64,000 bases of DNA, taken from assembly GCF_009914755.1 (NCBI RefSeq), contig NC_060930.1; one strand, written 5' to 3'. The stretch is from the human T2T-CHM13v2.0 reference genome, Homo sapiens. The notes beneath the pieces are model-generated. The model was not told the DNA's origin, ran no database searches, and saw only the letters and a list, made by a program, of their open reading frames with translations. The position numbers were made by a program, and so were the translations under genes. Of this stretch, positions 62,409 to 64,000 are shown one piece after another; position 1 is the stretch's first letter, and the number at the start of each line of letters is the position of its first letter.

Positions 62409-63044
62409 TTTTTTTATTTTATTATTATTATACTTTAAGTTTTAGGGTACATGTGCACAATGTGCAGGTTAGTGACATATGTATACATGTGCCATCCTGG
62501 TGTGCTGCACCCATTAACTCGTCATTTAGCATTAGGTATATCTCCTAAAGCTATCCCTCCCCCCTTCCCCCATCCCACAACAGTCCCCAGAGTGTGATGT
62601 TCCCCTTCCTCTGTCCATGTGTTCTCATTGTTCAGTTCCCACCTATGAGTGAGAATATGCGGTGCTTGGTTTTTTGTTCTTGCGATAGTTTACTGAGAAT
62701 GATGATTTCCAATTTCATCCATGTCCCTACAAAGGACATGAACTCATCATTTTTTATGGCTGCATAGTATTCCATGGTGTATATGTGCCACATTTTCTTA
62801 ATCCAGTCTATCATTGTTGGACATTTGGGTTGGTTCCAAGTCTTTGCTATTGTGAATAGTGCTGCAGTAAACATACGTGTGCATGTGTCTTTATAGCAGC
62901 ATGATTTATAGTCCTTTGGGTATATACCCAATAATGGGATGGCTGGGTCAAATGGTATTTCTAGTTCTAGATCCCTGAGGAATCGCCACACTGACTTCCA
63001 CAATGGTGGAACTAGTTTACAGTCCCACCAACAGTGTAAAAGTG
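62409..63044 (-). mobile_element. Young 5'-truncated L1 (L1PA2-like): ORF2 C-terminus plus 3'UTR
   Basis: Near-consensus primate L1 3' end, encoding ..[52 protein letters not shown]; GAG rather than ACA at the Ta diagnostic; short TSD aatttt followed by aaaa (TTTT/AA endonuclease site). Confidence 0.95.
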
Positions 63045-63059
63045 CAATTTTAAAATGAA

Positions 63060-63500
63060 TGGTCAACATCTGATGTCTGCCCGTCTGCCTTACATCCTTA
63101 TGACCTGAATTTGTTCTGTATGTCCTCACTGAGACGTTGTGCTAGGATGTCATTAATAAAGTATTTCTACAATACACAATGACCGTTTGCCCAATGTTCA
63201 TTCTCCGTGACATCTCTACAAATTTAAAATTGTTGACCACACCCTCCTACTCGAAAGAAGTGGCTTTTGTGGTATCCATTTTGAGTTGTCTTCTATCTGG
63301 ATTACTCCTTCTCGCATTACTATGGATTTTTCCATTTTTCTAAATGTGCATGTTCCTTCATGCCCAGTTTTAGAACATGCACTCTTTTCCTTCTTCTGTG
63401 GGAAATATCTATTTTCTAAGCTTTAATGATCATTTCTGTGTGGATAAAATTATGAACTATGATAAATAACCTTTTTTTTAATCTCCAGACTTGTCTTGTT
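63060..63500 (+). mobile_element. L2 fragment
   Basis: TTGTTGACCACACCCTCCT..GGCTTTTGTG..CTAAATGT..GCTTTAATGATCATTTCTGTGTGGAT. Confidence 0.6.
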
Positions 63501-64000
63501 GAATCTCCTAGAGTCGAGGAATCAAAGAAAAATAACAACATTAAGGATTTTTTTTGAGATCATAAAACTATAGAGTCACAGAGTTAAAAATATGGAAATA
63601 ACTGGAATTATGGAGATTCTATCAGGAAGGTTCCTGTTTGTTTGAGTTTTCAAAAATTTTGCTGTTGTTTGAAAGACGATGCATTTTTTCTTTTCAGTTT
63701 TTATGTTTAATTCTTTGTTTCTTTAATTTTAGAGGTGGTTCTTGTGTTGTTGCATATTTTTTAATTAAAGGCCAATAAAATATAGACTATTTTTATCTAT
63801 TTTCACGCAATTAGAATAATTTTCTTAAAATAAATTCCTTTAAGCAAAGGTACGTAGTTTTTTTAGGTTATGGAAAAATTAAATTACTGTGTATACTCAA
63901 AACTGTTATTTTAAAGCCACTTGCTGATTTTGCTGGCAGTGATTATAATGAAATATAATAATATGTTTTATTTATAAAGTGCTTTTCACCTATACATTCA

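Noticed and set aside
62632-63129. 165-aa ORF, longest in the track
   Set aside because: C-terminus of L1 ORF2 from a 5'-truncated copy, fused to chance flanking sequence

Overview
Repeat-rich, AT-rich primate (probably human or great-ape) non-genic or intronic DNA. It contains AluJ/S/Y, L1PA2-like, L1PB and older L1M copies, L2, L3, MIRs, many MaLR/ERVL/ERV1 solo LTRs and hAT/TcMar DNA-transposon relics. No intact protein-coding gene is present; essentially all listed ORFs are repeat-derived or chance. The main non-repeat feature is an old minus-strand retrocopy of NGRN (neugrin) at ~13790-15585. It appears semi-processed: intron 2 is spliced out but a 381-nt intron-1-like segment is retained. 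It sits inside a MaLR LTR, carries an AluJ insertion and abuts a Tigger3b. The repeat-poor block at ~49-52 kb has an RFX X-box and divergent splice donors. Downstream are two well-defined plus-strand exon candidates (56869-56964 and 60831-60993) that would splice in frame and are bracketed by inverted Alus, suggesting a spliced lncRNA or decayed gene. Several template-switch hairpins and small duplications are also visible. Repeat subfamily names and the NGRN identification come from recalled consensus/protein sequences and need confirmation by RepeatMasker/BLAST.
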